This document shows, piece after piece, positions 12,604-25,022 of a stretch of 64,000 bases of DNA. Position 1 is the first letter of the stretch, and each line of letters begins with the position of its first letter. This stretch comes from Eremomyces bilateralis CBS 781.70. Its lineage: Eukaryota. Both the position numbers and the translations under genes were made by a program. The stretch lies in assembly GCA_010015585.1 (NCBI GenBank), contig ML975156.1, one strand, 5' to 3'. The notes beneath the pieces are model-generated. The model saw nothing but the letters and a program-made list of their open reading frames with translations. It was not told where the DNA came from and did no database searches.

Positions 12604-13637
12604 ATGGCAGCAGCTTCCTCTCCACAGCATCAGCGCCCTAGAGGCTACCATTTGCTTTCTCGATTAATGGGAAGGTCGGAAGAACTTGCCGTCTTCCGCA
12701 AGTTCAACGATTTAAACGCTATCAGTTTGTTGAGTCTTCAAGCTGAATTGGTCCTGTTGAGAGATGAATATCATAATATTTGTGAAAGTGACGAAAAAGA
12801 CGGAAGACCGTACTCAAGGAACTTCGAGAAACTTTTCCAGTCAAAGGATGATGTTACCAATGATCAATATCTCCAGCTATTGAAAATTAGAGAGAAGATG
12901 AAGGAGTATAGTAAGCAAATGTTCCCGTAATTGGCTGAAATTATTATCACCTTCATCTGACTATTATACAGATGCATTTCTACTTCAAGGTGCGCCGTCA
13001 GTGACTTTGATTTCGACGGAAAGACTCATCTATAGCAGTTGCCTCGATTCGAAACATCCACAAGCCACGAGCGAGTGACCTTGAAAAACTCCAGGAATGG
13101 CTGCGGGATCCTAAGGGGGGCAATAGGTTTCTTGCAGAGAATGAAGCCTTTACTTGGTCTAATGAGTACAAAACAGACTTCGCGACGTTAGCAACCTCAA
13201 CCCCTGATGACGACATCTTTACAAATTGGCTTGTATCTTCACTAGTAAAATTGTACCACAGAGTCTGGGGTCACAGACACCCCCTCCACAGTTCCAAATT
13301 TATTGATGAAGAGAGCGGCTTAATTATGTATCACGATGGAAAGGTCGCTAGGGTCAGCAAAATTATCTCAACCACTTTGGCATCGATATTTCCGGTCATC
13401 GCTGTGCTTGGACTATATTTTGAAAAGGACTTGTTGAAGAGGATATATATCATGATTGGAATTACTGGAGCATTTTCCCTTGTCTTGTCGATTTTTAGCC
13501 AGGCTAGACGCGTGGAAATATTTGCTGTAACTACAGCGTAAGTATTACTACCTTTAGTTGAAATGGCGCTGACCTGGTTCAGGCTAGCAGCTGTGGAAGT
13601 CGTATTCATTGGCAGCACAACATCTCCTGGGGTCTGA
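12604..13637 (+). CDS. DUF6594-family membrane protein (helical N-terminus, ~3 C-terminal TM helices)
   Basis: RGYHLLSRLM..LAVFRKFNDLNAISLLSLQAEL, KIREKMKEY/NAFLLQ, LQEWLRDPKGGNRFL, C-terminal RRVEIFAVTTA/LAAVEVVFIG; three introns (~12911-12971, ~12990-13035, ~13538-13582) restore the frame; TATA-like tatataaa at ~12506. Confidence 0.85.
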
Positions 13638-14406
13638 GATTTTGGGACCATTCACTCTCACAACTAATACAACTCCTAGAAATTTCCTTGAGAAAATGGA
13701 AATTTTCTACTGCTGAAGGCATTCAACTAAACCTTTTGCTATTTATCGACGAAAGAATACATATTAATAGAAGGCTTTGAACAGGTCACAACGACTTAAG
13801 ATGATCCATCGGTGTATTCCTAACCAGCTTTGGACTCGTCTAAGAGAGAGTGAGCGTGGATCCCAATCCCAATTCTTCTGTTTCCAGCGTAAAAGAGACG
13901 ACGGCAGATTGGCCGCCAGAATGGCAGATTTGCTAACCGTGCACGCTCATTGGTTGATGCCCATTGTCCGAAGATTTCCCGCCTGCTTCGACCTCACATA
14001 TAAATTGCGTATTCCACCATTCCCTCTTCTTCCCCTTCCCTCTACCCCTAAACCCCTCAACTACTGCGGCGACCGAGAATCTACGACCGCTCTTCATTCT
14101 TCGCTTGCTCCCCACCCCCCCTGCGTGTCTAGTTTCGCTACGTTTCCTAGCCGCCGCACTCCCTCCGGATCGCCGTCCTAAGTGTTATACTCTATCTATA
14201 CGGCGCTTCGGTCTCTTCTACTGGGTATTTCATTCTTAAGGAGCTCGTCTATCTGGATTACCAGATACGCCTTGATTCGCACTGGTCTGAGGCCATAAGG
14301 CCAATTCTTCCTGAGGCCGCCAGGCCATAACCAACAGTCTAGGCATACTGCCCAAAACTCTTACAGAGTAAGCAAATCGCCGATATTTAGAAGCTCACCT
14401 CAGGTC

Positions 14407-15715
14407 TTAGGAGCTCCCCTGTGTCTGAGAGGCGCTGGAAGAGCTCACTTGAACTTTCGCATATCTGTTCTTATCTCTTTCAATCTTCTGTGCATCTGCT
14501 TTCTCCTTCTTCCGCTTAGCCGCTTCGATCATCTGGTACTCCTCGTGAATCCTTTCCTGTTCCTTTTCGACTTACTGAAGTCAGAAACAAGAGATCTATT
14601 ATTAGAATTCCAACTCACCTGTAGACTTCTTTCTCATTTGCAATATAAGAGCTCTGCTAGCGGTGTCGCCCCGACCAGAAGTTCGGGAACCGATCCTGAA
14701 ATCCCAGGGGAGTATGATATCAAACTCCGTGTCCGTGTTATCGTCGACAAAGAATTCTGTTCGTAAGGTATTATAGTTTCTGTTCACATACCATGTAAGT
14801 GAGATGCTTTGACTTGGCCTGAATGTTGCACCGCCAATGCCGTTTAAGACCTTATTCTCAACGTTCTGAAATTCAGAGCTGGGTATCTCGTCTCGCTGGA
14901 GAAGGCTTTTCGAAATGAAAAATTCCTCACTTCCAGTGTCTTTGAGAGCTCTTGCCGGGATGTACTTTATTCCGGACCCTGTTTGAAAGGCTATGGTGAC
15001 ATCATATCCATAATGAGACCTTGCCGAAATCGGCCCCAGACCAAGTGTCTTGCTGTCAACAGGCACTTTGACAGTTGAGCTTCTGAAGTCTTCGAGGTGG
15101 ACTCCCGTTTCTTCCTCAAAATCTTCCGGGTTCCAATGCTGTATATCATCGGAGTTCACTTCTGTTTCTAGCTGCTCTGCAACTTCGGTTCTTTAGACCC
15201 ATATTTAGTATCATGCACAATATAAGTAGAGGCAACGTACATGACAGAATTAAGCTGCTGACGAACTTGAATGCTTTGCAAACGTCAAAGAGGTTTGTTT
15301 AGGGTAAGATAAGCTCTTACTGTTGGCTCAAGTCCCGTAGCAAAAGCACAGAATCCCGGAATGCTTCGAAGGCCATTCTTCGTTTGGTTCTTCTCATAGA
15401 CACTGCCGCCATGCGAAACCGTCTTATTTCTGGATGTTTGACCCGATATGCTTTCTGATCGCGTGATATCAAATCATAAAATTCTTCATGGCGCTGGGCG
15501 CAGAGTAACATCGCTCCCTGCATCGATTTTGGAACCTTCTCGTACTTCGATACTCCGTGGAAGGCTTCTTCTGCAACACGAAGAATCACTTCGTACTCGG
15601 AAACCTGTCGATCAAGCTCGGCAATGCCCTTGCGCGCATTTCGGCCTGCACGGATGAATTGATCCAGGAGAGCAATGCTGGAACCCACTAGGGCAAAGAC
15701 TTCAATGCCTGACAT
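14407..15715 (-). CDS. Helical N-terminal domain + retropepsin-like aspartic protease domain + C-terminal coiled coil (~385 aa, 4 exons)
   Basis: ORFs 15317-15715 and 14602-15159 join in frame via a 33-nt exon (HIQVRQQLNSVI); ARALKDTGSEEFFIS (D-T-G at 14932-14940), LNGIGG flap-like motif, FFV..FDIILPWDF; last exon EKEQERIHEEYQMIEAAKRKKEKAD..., stop 14407 (assumes an AAG acceptor). Confidence 0.75.
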
Positions 15716-16585
15716 AGCTTTTACAAAGACGTAAAAACGTCGGTCTCACGGTCTCATGCTTGATAGGAAGTATGGCAGGAGAAAAAAATAATGGAGCCTG
15801 ACGAGTGACTTGAGCATCAAAGGAAGGGAAGCGTATGTAATGCCCTGATGAGGGAAAAATTCAAAACTCCGGTCAGCTCAAATACTCCGCCCTCTGGTTA
15901 AACGGCTCTCCGCAAATGACAACGCACTAAAGGCTGAATCAAGTCGCTGAGCCAACAAAAAGCATTTAAAGGGAGGGTTAGGCTCGGCATGTTGCCCATT
16001 GATTCGCTCAGAGTAATCCACTGCCACTTCTTCTGCAGCTCATGCACAGACCCCTTCGGCTTCTGTAGATCTAGACTGGGCTATGCTGCTATGTACCTCT
16101 TCTATACAGTCACAGGCACTTTAATTGGCGGCAGAGGCTGAGAGGCTGCAGAGGCAGCGAATCAGGCGCACGGACCAATATGATCCTGATATCTCAACCG
16201 CTGGCGAACGATTCATTCAACTGCACCACCATCTGTTATTGAAGAACAAAGCCATTATGATATTCATTACGTGTGATAAGAGGGCAATTGGGCCAAAATT
16301 ATTGGCTCCCTTGAACGACTGCTTATATGAGATTGCTGACAGTGTTCAAAATCGTCTCTAGAAAGCTCTCATGCGTGTGCCGTTTAGCATCACCCTAAAC
16401 CACCGCATTATCAGAACTGAAAAGTGACTGACACGGCGAGGCTTGAGGCCTTGTACAGATAGCTTACTGTTCCTTTTTATTTCACTTGAGCATTGTCTCT
16501 CAGTCTTTCTCCACGTTCCTTCATTCTCCCTCGCTTTCTTGTCATTATATCCCAACAAAAGGGGTACGGCAATCCACTGGCCTCA

Positions 16586-18709
16586 ATGGATAACTCACAA
16601 GGTGGTCAACTTCCTCGTGGAGGATATCCTCCTCATCCACATCTTCAGCACTCTACTGCTCCGCTTCAACCTCCGGGCTTGCCTATTTTGCCAGCTCAAT
16701 ATGCAGCTGGTTCATTCAACAATGCTCCAAGTCCATCACAGCAAGCGTCAGCCCCTCCTCAACACGCAGTGCAACACCCACATGCAATTGGGTTAGGCCC
16801 GCAATATGATCGGGGTGAACTCAGCATGGAGGCTCCTCCAGTTTCAGATTGGCCATATCTTCAACCGAGAACGCAGCAACAACAACGATTCCCATCCGCT
16901 CCCGCACAACCTTACACAGGTGCCCAGTCGCGATTTCAACGCGCCCCTCTACCTAGTAGCATCCATCAAACTGCACCTCGCATAGCGACTGCAGAAATTA
17001 AACAAATGCCACCTACTCATCCTAATCACTTCACAAACACGTTCTCGCAACCCAACAGAGGATCTCACTTCCACCGGAATCCTCCACGACACCCCCGAAA
17101 CGCGCCGCCCCGAAGAATGGCAGGTGCTGGAGGCTCCAGCTGGGTGCCATGGTATGAACATGCCAGTCCCGTCCTTTATCTGGAGCAGCTCCTTGGAAAT
17201 GTCCTTAAAGAAGTGGACATGCCGCTGGAAGAACGAGATGCAAAGTTGAAATTTGCGGATCGATTGCAGTCGCTGACGCAAAAGGCTATTCTCAAAGAAT
17301 ATCCAAACACTCATACAAATGTTGCCCTTCGCGGCTTCGGAAGCTTTGCGTCCGGGTTCGCCCTCAAGGGTTCAGACATGGACATGGTCCTCATGATTAA
17401 TGGACCTGATAAAGAGAAGCTCAATTTCAAAGACATCGCAAACGCTCTTAAGCAATCGTTTAAAGCGGATGGCCTAGGTGTCTATATCATCTCTAACACA
17501 CGAGTTCCCATCATCAAGATTTGCGAAAAACCGCCGGCGTGGTTCTGGGAAGAGCAGGAGAAGCTCGAAACACAAGCTGCTGTGGAGGCTAGTGCGTTCA
17601 AGGCGGGGGATGGCAAAAATGTCGTTGGCGATGGTGCTAATAACTCTGAAACTTCGCATTCGATGACGAATGCAGGAGTCTCAGGGGAACACAGTAGCGA
17701 ATCGGAAGCTGAAGACGAGGAGGAAAAGGAGGCAAGATTGCGTCGCAAACGGGTGACCGAAATGGCAAATAAGACGAATGCGCCCAAAAACTCCAAAGTG
17801 TGGTACCGTGAACGCAAACTGGGCAAGAGCGATTTCCCGAAATCCGACGCCGGAATCCTCTGCGACATTAACATGGACAATCCCATGGGCCTGGAGAACA
17901 CCCACCTCCTCCGCTGCTATGCGGCCTGCGATGTTCGCGTTCACCCAATGGCCACCTTCGTCAAAGCCTGGGCATCTCGGCGCAAGATCAACAGCTCCCG
18001 CGACGGAACGCTATCATCGTATGGCTACGTCCTCATGGTTATCCACTTTCTCGTGCACATCATCCAGCCTCCCGTCCTCCCGAACCTCCAACATCCACAA
18101 GACTGGCCAGGCCTCCAAGACCTCCTCCACGACGAGCAGAGTCAATTCTTCGCCGACGCCATCAATGGTCACTGGATCCACTACGTCCGCAACGTCGACG
18201 CGCTGAACTATTACGGCAGCAAAAACATCTCCCCGAACACCATGCCCGTCGGCCGCCTCCTCACCGAATTCTTCTCCTACTATGGCGACCCGATCTCCGG
18301 CGGCCATAGCTGGCAAGGCCACGTCATCTCGCTCCGCACACGACACGGCGGGGTGCTCGACAAGGGGGAGATGGGGTGGAACCGGGCGACGTCCGAGATG
18401 GTGAACGGCATCGAGGTCCGGCAGCGGTATCTCCTCGCGATCGAGGACCCGTTCGAGACGAACCATAATGTGGGGCGAACCGTGACGAACGAGGGCGCGG
18501 GGGTGATGCGGAGGGAGTTCAAGCGCGCAGTGTCGATACTGAGGGGGATGATCGGGCGTGGGACGCCGAGGGAGGATTTGATGGAGGAGTGGGTGGATAA
18601 GGTGGTAGTGGATGAGGGGGGGCAGGGTGAGGGGAACGTTGGCAGGGGACCGGTGGCGACGGACGGTCCGCTTAGCATCACGGCGTCGCTGGCGAGGATT
18701 GGGATGTGA
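16586..18709 (+). CDS. Cid1-family non-canonical poly(A) polymerase / terminal uridylyltransferase
   Basis: FGSFASGFALKGSDMDM, TRVPIIK, CDIN, GTLSSYGYVLMVIHFL, LAIEDPFETNHNVGR; intronless; Q/P-rich N-terminus. Confidence 0.9.
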   Translation: MDNSQGGQLPRGGYPPHPHLQHSTAPLQPPGLPILPAQYAAGSFNNAPSPSQQASAPPQHAVQHPHAIGLGPQYDRGELSMEAPPVSDWPYLQPRTQQQQRFPSAPAQPYTGAQSRFQRAPLPSSIHQTAPRIATAEIKQMPPTHPNHFTNTFSQPNRGSHFHRNPPRHPRNAPPRRMAGAGGSSWVPWYEHASPVLYLEQLLGNVLKEVDMPLEERDAKLKFADRLQSLTQKAILKEYPNTHTNVALRGFGSFASGFALKGSDMDMVLMINGPDKEKLNFKDIANALKQSFKADGLGVYIISNTRVPIIKICEKPPAWFWEEQEKLETQAAVEASAFKAGDGKNVVGDGANNSETSHSMTNAGVSGEHSSESEAEDEEEKEARLRRKRVTEMANKTNAPKNSKVWYRERKLGKSDFPKSDAGILCDINMDNPMGLENTHLLRCYAACDVRVHPMATFVKAWASRRKINSSRDGTLSSYGYVLMVIHFLVHIIQPPVLPNLQHPQDWPGLQDLLHDEQSQFFADAINGHWIHYVRNVDALNYYGSKNISPNTMPVGRLLTEFFSYYGDPISGGHSWQGHVISLRTRHGGVLDKGEMGWNRATSEMVNGIEVRQRYLLAIEDPFETNHNVGRTVTNEGAGVMRREFKRAVSILRGMIGRGTPREDLMEEWVDKVVVDEGGQGEGNVGRGPVATDGPLSITASLARIGM

Positions 18710-19007
18710 TCGGCTGGCGAGGGTGCTGGTGATAAATGCATGGAGGGCGACAAAGACGGACGTGATGAGTCTCGAGCGGTTTATTTGCAGGTCGAGCTAC
18801 TCGACACGTCTAGGGCCGAAGGATATATGCATCGGGAATGAGCATGGAGTGCTAACATAGCTGTACATTACTATTATAACGCTTCCACAAAATCTACGTG
18901 GAAACCCCGAAATCCCCATCTCTCGGCATCATTGCTTCACGTTTCTAACCATCAGACTAACCATTAGGTCCATTAATTACCTCCCCGTCCCAATGTATCT
19001 CCCCACC

Positions 19008-21059
19008 CTAAAAAAACTCCCTCAACTCCCTCCCCCTATCTCCACCCCTCCGACCCACCCCATGCCCCCCACCCCTCAAATTCCACCCACCCGTACACAT
19101 CCCCATCAACACCTCCCGTCCCCCTCCCACCAGCTCCTCCAACCCTACCACCCCCCCATCATCCCCTCCTGCGCCCTCCCCATCCAACACATACTCCACC
19201 CGGCTCCCCACTGTCCCCATGTAATCCCGGAACGTATACACCTTCTCCACCACCCCCCGCTCCGTATCCAGCACCACGACGCGGAACCCCGGCCGTTTTC
19301 TCGCCTGCTCGATGCGCGACTGCGCCGCCTTCCGCGCTGCGATCGGGTCCCGTACGCAGTGCATATCGGCGTCCTCGATGAAGATGCTCGAGCGATCGTT
19401 GCAGGGTGAGGAGGCGTCGGGGATGTCGGCGCGCGGTTTGCAGGCGGCTTGGAGGGTGCCCTGGTAGTCGCAGGGGGCGCAGAGGGAGCGGAGTGAGGGG
19501 AAGGTGGTGGGGGAGGCGATGGCGGAGGCAAGGGCATGGAGGGCGGGGGAAGGGGTTAGGATATCCCAGTGGAGGGAGAAGAGGGAGGAGGAGGAGAAGA
19601 GGGGGGTGAGGAGGGTGGTCCCGTGGGGGAGGGAGGGGGAGCGGTCTTGGATGAGGGTGAAGTAGGTGAGGGTGAGGGTGCGGAGGATGTGGGAGATTAG
19701 GGAGAGGGAGGCGATGTTGAGGTCGATGAGGGAGAGGCGGCGGAGGGGGAGGAGGGACGGGGAAGAGATGAGGCGGAGGAGTCCTTTATCGGTGATGCCG
19801 GGGAGGGATTGGAGGCGGAGGGATCGGAGTGGGGGGAGCGCTTGAAGGGTGCGGTCGGTGAAGGAGGGGGCGGGGAGATGGGCTAGGAGGAGGTGTTGCA
19901 GGGAGGGGAGAGAGCGGAAGGTTCCGACGATGGAGCGGTAGGTCATGGTTGTGGTGGGATTTCCGATGAGGAAGAGGGTGGTGAGGGACGTCCAATTGAT
20001 GTGGTGATTCATGAAGATATCGGTTGAAGGGGAGAGTCGGTCGACTGTATCGGTGGGGGTGGGCTGGGGATCCTCGTCATCCAAATCGGAGTGATCTTCG
20101 ATGTTCATAATCCAAACTTTCTCTTTCAAACGTCTCCTCGTCGATAGCGAAGAAGTGATATGGTCAACCCCCCCAGTATGGGTCAAATGGAGACCCCGTA
20201 ATTTCTCCAGGTATGGACATGCCATCACAATTAATGCAAGCTCGTTCATCAATCTCTCCTGCTCTTTCGTCCCTGAACGTAGCATCAAGTTTTGAATATG
20301 CTCTCCCCGAATTTCCAACACTCTTTTCGCCAGATCTGGGCGTTCCTGTAATGTGCGACGCAAAAGTTTGATACCCGAAAGTGTGTTCGACTTCGACTTT
20401 CTGTACCCATGATCCTCCGGATCAACGAATATACGCAAGGTTCGATATCTATACCATATCAGAACTATGCTTTGGGACCTGTAAGGAAATGGTGCTTACA
20501 GTTGATATTGTGCAATCCGTGCCCATCTGCGACTCGTCCGGGACAGGCTCAGGAGATCTTTCTGGTAGCATCCTGCACAGCTCTCTGACCCAGGCGCAGT
20601 ATGAATCTTTTCCAGTTGCTCTGTAATGCAAGTATACACTCTATCCGGCATATTTCGGAACACACGCTCCGGTAATGTTGGATAGCTGCCCGCCGGTCTC
20701 ACTGACCATCTCTTGGGGCGCTCGAGTTCCCATGGTGTCTGCACGAGCTTCGGAACGGTATCGAACCTTGCGCTCCATGATATCGTCGTCGCGGAGGAGG
20801 CTCCCGAGGAAGGCCGAGACGAGTCACTTGAGGACGTCGATATTATGCTGCTCGTGGAAGCAATTGATGGTGCATACGAGCAAATGCGTTTCAACACGTT
20901 CTTCTGGGTGCGCTGCCAAACCCGAGGCGACTGTTTGCTAATAGAGGCATTTAGCTAGAGTTGAAGGATTTCTTTGCGTAAGACCACCGGCAACGCGTAC
21001 CTAGCGATTGTATCATCCAGAGATATAGAATCATGACTTCGAGATTGATATTCCAGCAT
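19008..21059 (-). CDS. F-box-like / RNI-like leucine-rich repeat protein
   Basis: Three exons (MLEYQSRSHDSISLDDTIAS; ..CAGCYQKDLLSLSRTSRRWARIAQYQL; YRTLRIF..LLRRTLQERPDLAKRV); LRR-like LPSLQHLLL, LRSLRLQSLPGITDKGL. Confidence 0.65.
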
Positions 21060-22507
21060 TGTTACTTGGGTTGATGTTGCGGTATGCAACTTGAAGATAT
21101 AGCGGTCAGATAGCAGTCAGATATCGAAGCAATTATGACAAAGCTGAATACAACTGAAACATGTCTTAGAAGAAGGGAAATAGAAGAATACAGAAACTCA
21201 ACAGCCTGGAAATCACGTTGACCCATAGTCCTAGATCGAATCGACGACACTTGACAGGACGACGCAAACAGGCGCTGATCCGATAGAGCAAAGGCACCAA
21301 GCGTTAGAACCATGGCACCGATCTCCCGCCAGTAGGGATGAATTCCAAAAGCCACCCTGCTAATATTATTCGCCAGTCCTCATCGAGAGCCCCTGATAGG
21401 GCAGTTATCTGGCAATAAAGTTTGTGTCGATCGCCTTGCTTGTCCTATCCTAGTCCTAGTACATCGGAATTACGGAGATTCGGCGGGGTTACTCCGGAAT
21501 GGAAACGAAACACCAAAATTTAGGGAGATCACCAACCCCGGCGGGCACGCTTGTGTACTACGTACGTAATAACTAGTAAGGGCTTCTGGCATCGACAGAT
21601 CCCAGTGGTTTGATCGACAGGGACTCTGGTTTGGGCTGGCGTGGAGATGATCGTTGATGCTTCTCCATGCGCTGGGATCGTTGGGATGCCACTGCGGTTG
21701 CAAACGGAGACTAAAATTCTCCAGACTGGTCATCTTTGCGGGAATTTTGGCTGGATCATCCTGGATGAGGTGTTGATGAGAGTCGAGCTCGAGTGAGGAT
21801 GGTGTTCTCCCACAACGGCCGATCTGGGAACGGTGTTCTGTACCTGCCGGATAAGGTATATGTGCAGGCCATGATCCTTATCCAGGCCTGAAGCATTGGT
21901 GCTTAACTCTGATATTATCAGTCAATTCTCAGCTCCCCAACTAGGTTCATACTCCATCGACTCTCTGGACCAATATTACTTCCTTGCTTGGTTATTATTG
22001 TGATGATCGTATTCCGTACCTCGGTGGAAATTCAATAATACAGGTAGGTACCTCCGTACCTAAGTTAGTGCGGTCAGAGGTTAGAAACGCTGCAGGGTTA
22101 TCGATGGCAACTAATTCGAGAGGATATCAAGGCTTAGACAATGGTAGAAATGGTCCTATTGAGATCAAATATATACAGGTATGCTTTCATCCTATCCATG
22201 ATTCGTATTCATTCTCGTAGAATTGTGAAAGTTCGACGATGGGAGGAAAAGGAGAAGTGAAGCAGAATCGAATGGCCGCTTGCTTGAGGCATCGCGGCAA
22301 CAAGGCAACAAGTCATCCACTAATAGGCAGCAACGCCTGGCCATCACTCCTTCCCCAGGATCTAAAATATTATTCAACATATGTAAACAAACTCAATATC
22401 GGAAGTCTTCTACCTTTCTACTTACTTCAAACTGATATCAATTCATTCGGTGAGGATATTCAAACCAACTCCCGTTAGCCAATACTCGCCTTCGCATTCC
22501 TGTCATC

Positions 22508-23972
22508 ATGTCTACCGACCCAAAGATTGATCTGTCTCAGCAGCCAGCCCTCAGGACGAAGCTGGAGGATCTGAGGCATGAGGACCCTACGACCACCGAA
22601 CCAAAGCCCGATGCTAAGACTACCACCCCCAATGTCACTGCTCCGGAGGCCGAAAAACCGAAGGTTAAAGATCCGGCCCATGATGCCGATCTGATTACTC
22701 CTGTGGTGCCGGCCCAGGGGGCTGCTCCCGTACAGACACCTGCCGCTCCCACGGAGCCCAAATGGCCTGACCTTTCCGAAGACCACCCCATCTCCAAGTT
22801 CCGCCAAGCGCTTCCAGATATCCTGACGAAATCCGGCTACACCGAGGTCTATGGTATCCACCTCTCCGCCGATGATAGCAGCGCAACCACGGTCTTCCAC
22901 ACGAACCTAATCCTTCAGAAGTTCCTGCGAGCCAACGGGAACGACTTGGACAAGGCGAAGGAGCAACTCCTCGACACTTTGAAATGGCGAAAGTCATTCC
23001 AGCCGCATCTACTTGTCAACGTGACGTTCGACGAGGAGAAGTTCGGTGGACTCGGGTATATCGTCCGACTGACTAGTCAGGACACCGGGGACGAGGTGGT
23101 CACGTTCAACGTGTACGGGGCGGTCAAGGACTTCAAGAAGACCTTCGGAGACACGGAAGAGTATGTTCACCGTCTCATCCTTCCACCATCATGATACTAA
23201 CCCGCCCTCCAGATTCATCCGCTGGCGCGTCGCCCTCATGGAGCGCTCCATCGCCGCCCTCCACCTCACGTCCGCCACCGAGCCCATCCCCGACTACGGC
23301 CTCGGCGAAGACCCCTACTGCGGCATCCAGGTGCACGACTATCAGAACGTCTCCTTCCTCCGCCAAGACCCGCACGTCAAGACGGCCTCGCGCAAGATCA
23401 TCGACCTCTTCTCGCGCGTCTACCCGGAGACAATGTCCAAGAAGATATTCGCCAACGTCCCCTTCTACATGGCCTGGATGTTCAACGCCATGCGCTTCCT
23501 GCCTGCCCAGACCTACGCGAAGCTCGAGGCCGTGACGGATGGGAAGACGTTGAAGAAGAGCCTGGGCGGCGACGCGGTGGATGCGCAGATTCCGGCAGCG
23601 TATGGGGGTTCGGCGGCGTCGTTGGAGGAGGTCGCGGAGAAGCCGAAGTTGGAGAAGGAAGGGAGCGACCTCATCATGAAGATTTCATCCGCGGTAATGT
23701 CCGAGCCAGTCGACGGTCCTCCTGTGCATGGCGGCATTGCTGGCCTTGCTGGCACCCCTGCAGCTGACGCTTCGTCCGACACTCCGTCTCCTGTCATCGC
23801 TTCTTCTCCCACTGCTTCTCCCGCCATTGCTTCCTCTGCCAGTGCTCCCCCCGGCCCAGGGGCCACGACAGATGGCGCCACCCCGACCGTGATCGACGCT
23901 GCAGCGAGCGCCCAGGAGACGGAGCCCGCAACCACTCTCGCTGAGCAAGCCGCTCCTCCTCAGAAGGCGTAA
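22508..23972 (+). CDS. sfh5: Phosphatidylinositol transfer protein Sfh5 (CRAL-TRIO)
   Basis: LILQKFLRAN, VTFNVYG, FIRWRVALME, QVHDYQNVSFLR, YPETMSKKIFANVP; one intron ~23161-23212. Confidence 0.9.
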
Positions 23973-25022
23973 CTGGCTTCCTGCTACCACCGCGGTTCAA
24001 TAGGAGCGCCCGGTCCCCTCGCGTCTGGGACAACCGCAGTTTCGGCGGTCGGATGCGGAACCGGATCGAGGAGCTCAGGTGGAAGTTATTTCCTTGGCGT
24101 TGGGCGGGTTAACTATGATGATGTAGCGTACTAAAAATACCCCTTACTGCATTATTTGGTCGTTGACGCGGGTTTCTCTGCTCACTACTTACGACATAGA
24201 TGCCGGTACCTGGTACTCGGTCGCAATACAAGCCGTATTCTCACTCTTCCCGCGTTCTTAATGACAGTTCTGCTTTGTCGTCATCGACATGGTTACTATT
24301 CTTATTTTTACCTACCAGTTTCGGCAAATAGTAAATTGAATACTGACTGTGCCTCCTGTCCCGGAACTGTTTATCCTGTTGCTCTAGTTACCGGTCTAGT
24401 AGCGTAGCCCACTGCCCTCGAATTGCGGGGTACCAACAGATCCCGCATTCCGCTACCCCGCCTTCTTCCCTTTCACTGCTGACTGCTCCCTGTTCCATAC
24501 GGCCTGAATCCTGGTATGTCTCTTTCCTGCCTCCTCGATCTACTACATAGTACGTACATAAGTGGTGGCCTTGCAGTAGATATTACATATTAGCCCCTTC
24601 AGGTCTTATAACTTATATTAAGCCATATTACCACATCAGGGGCCACGCGGTCACCGCCGTATGCCATGGACAATGTATAGCGTCCCATCACGTCGGAACG
24701 GACCTCGTCTTGTCCGACTGGGGGATCCTAAGACTCCCAGATGTGGCGTCTTACCCAGCGGGGTGAATACCGAGCTATCTTCGGCTTCGTGACCTGACCA
24801 CCATTCTAGAACGCGGCCTTTCGGCCGGAGCTGTTCCGTAGGATTCAAAGGCGTCTGGTATATGACAGCCTCGAGTTCCTGCTTGCTTTTTCCAGTCCGT
24901 TCTAGTTCCCCCCTCTCGTTCTTTCGTCCCTTAAGATTCGAAATTCAGCGTGATTGATCGAGTATCTACTACCTTTCGGGTATATATATAGTCAAATCGG
25001 AACCACATAACTGGACGTCACC

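Noticed and set aside
14602..15159. LTR-retrotransposon protease remnant
   Set aside because: No gag, RT, integrase or LTRs nearby; the domain is embedded in an intact spliced cellular-type gene.
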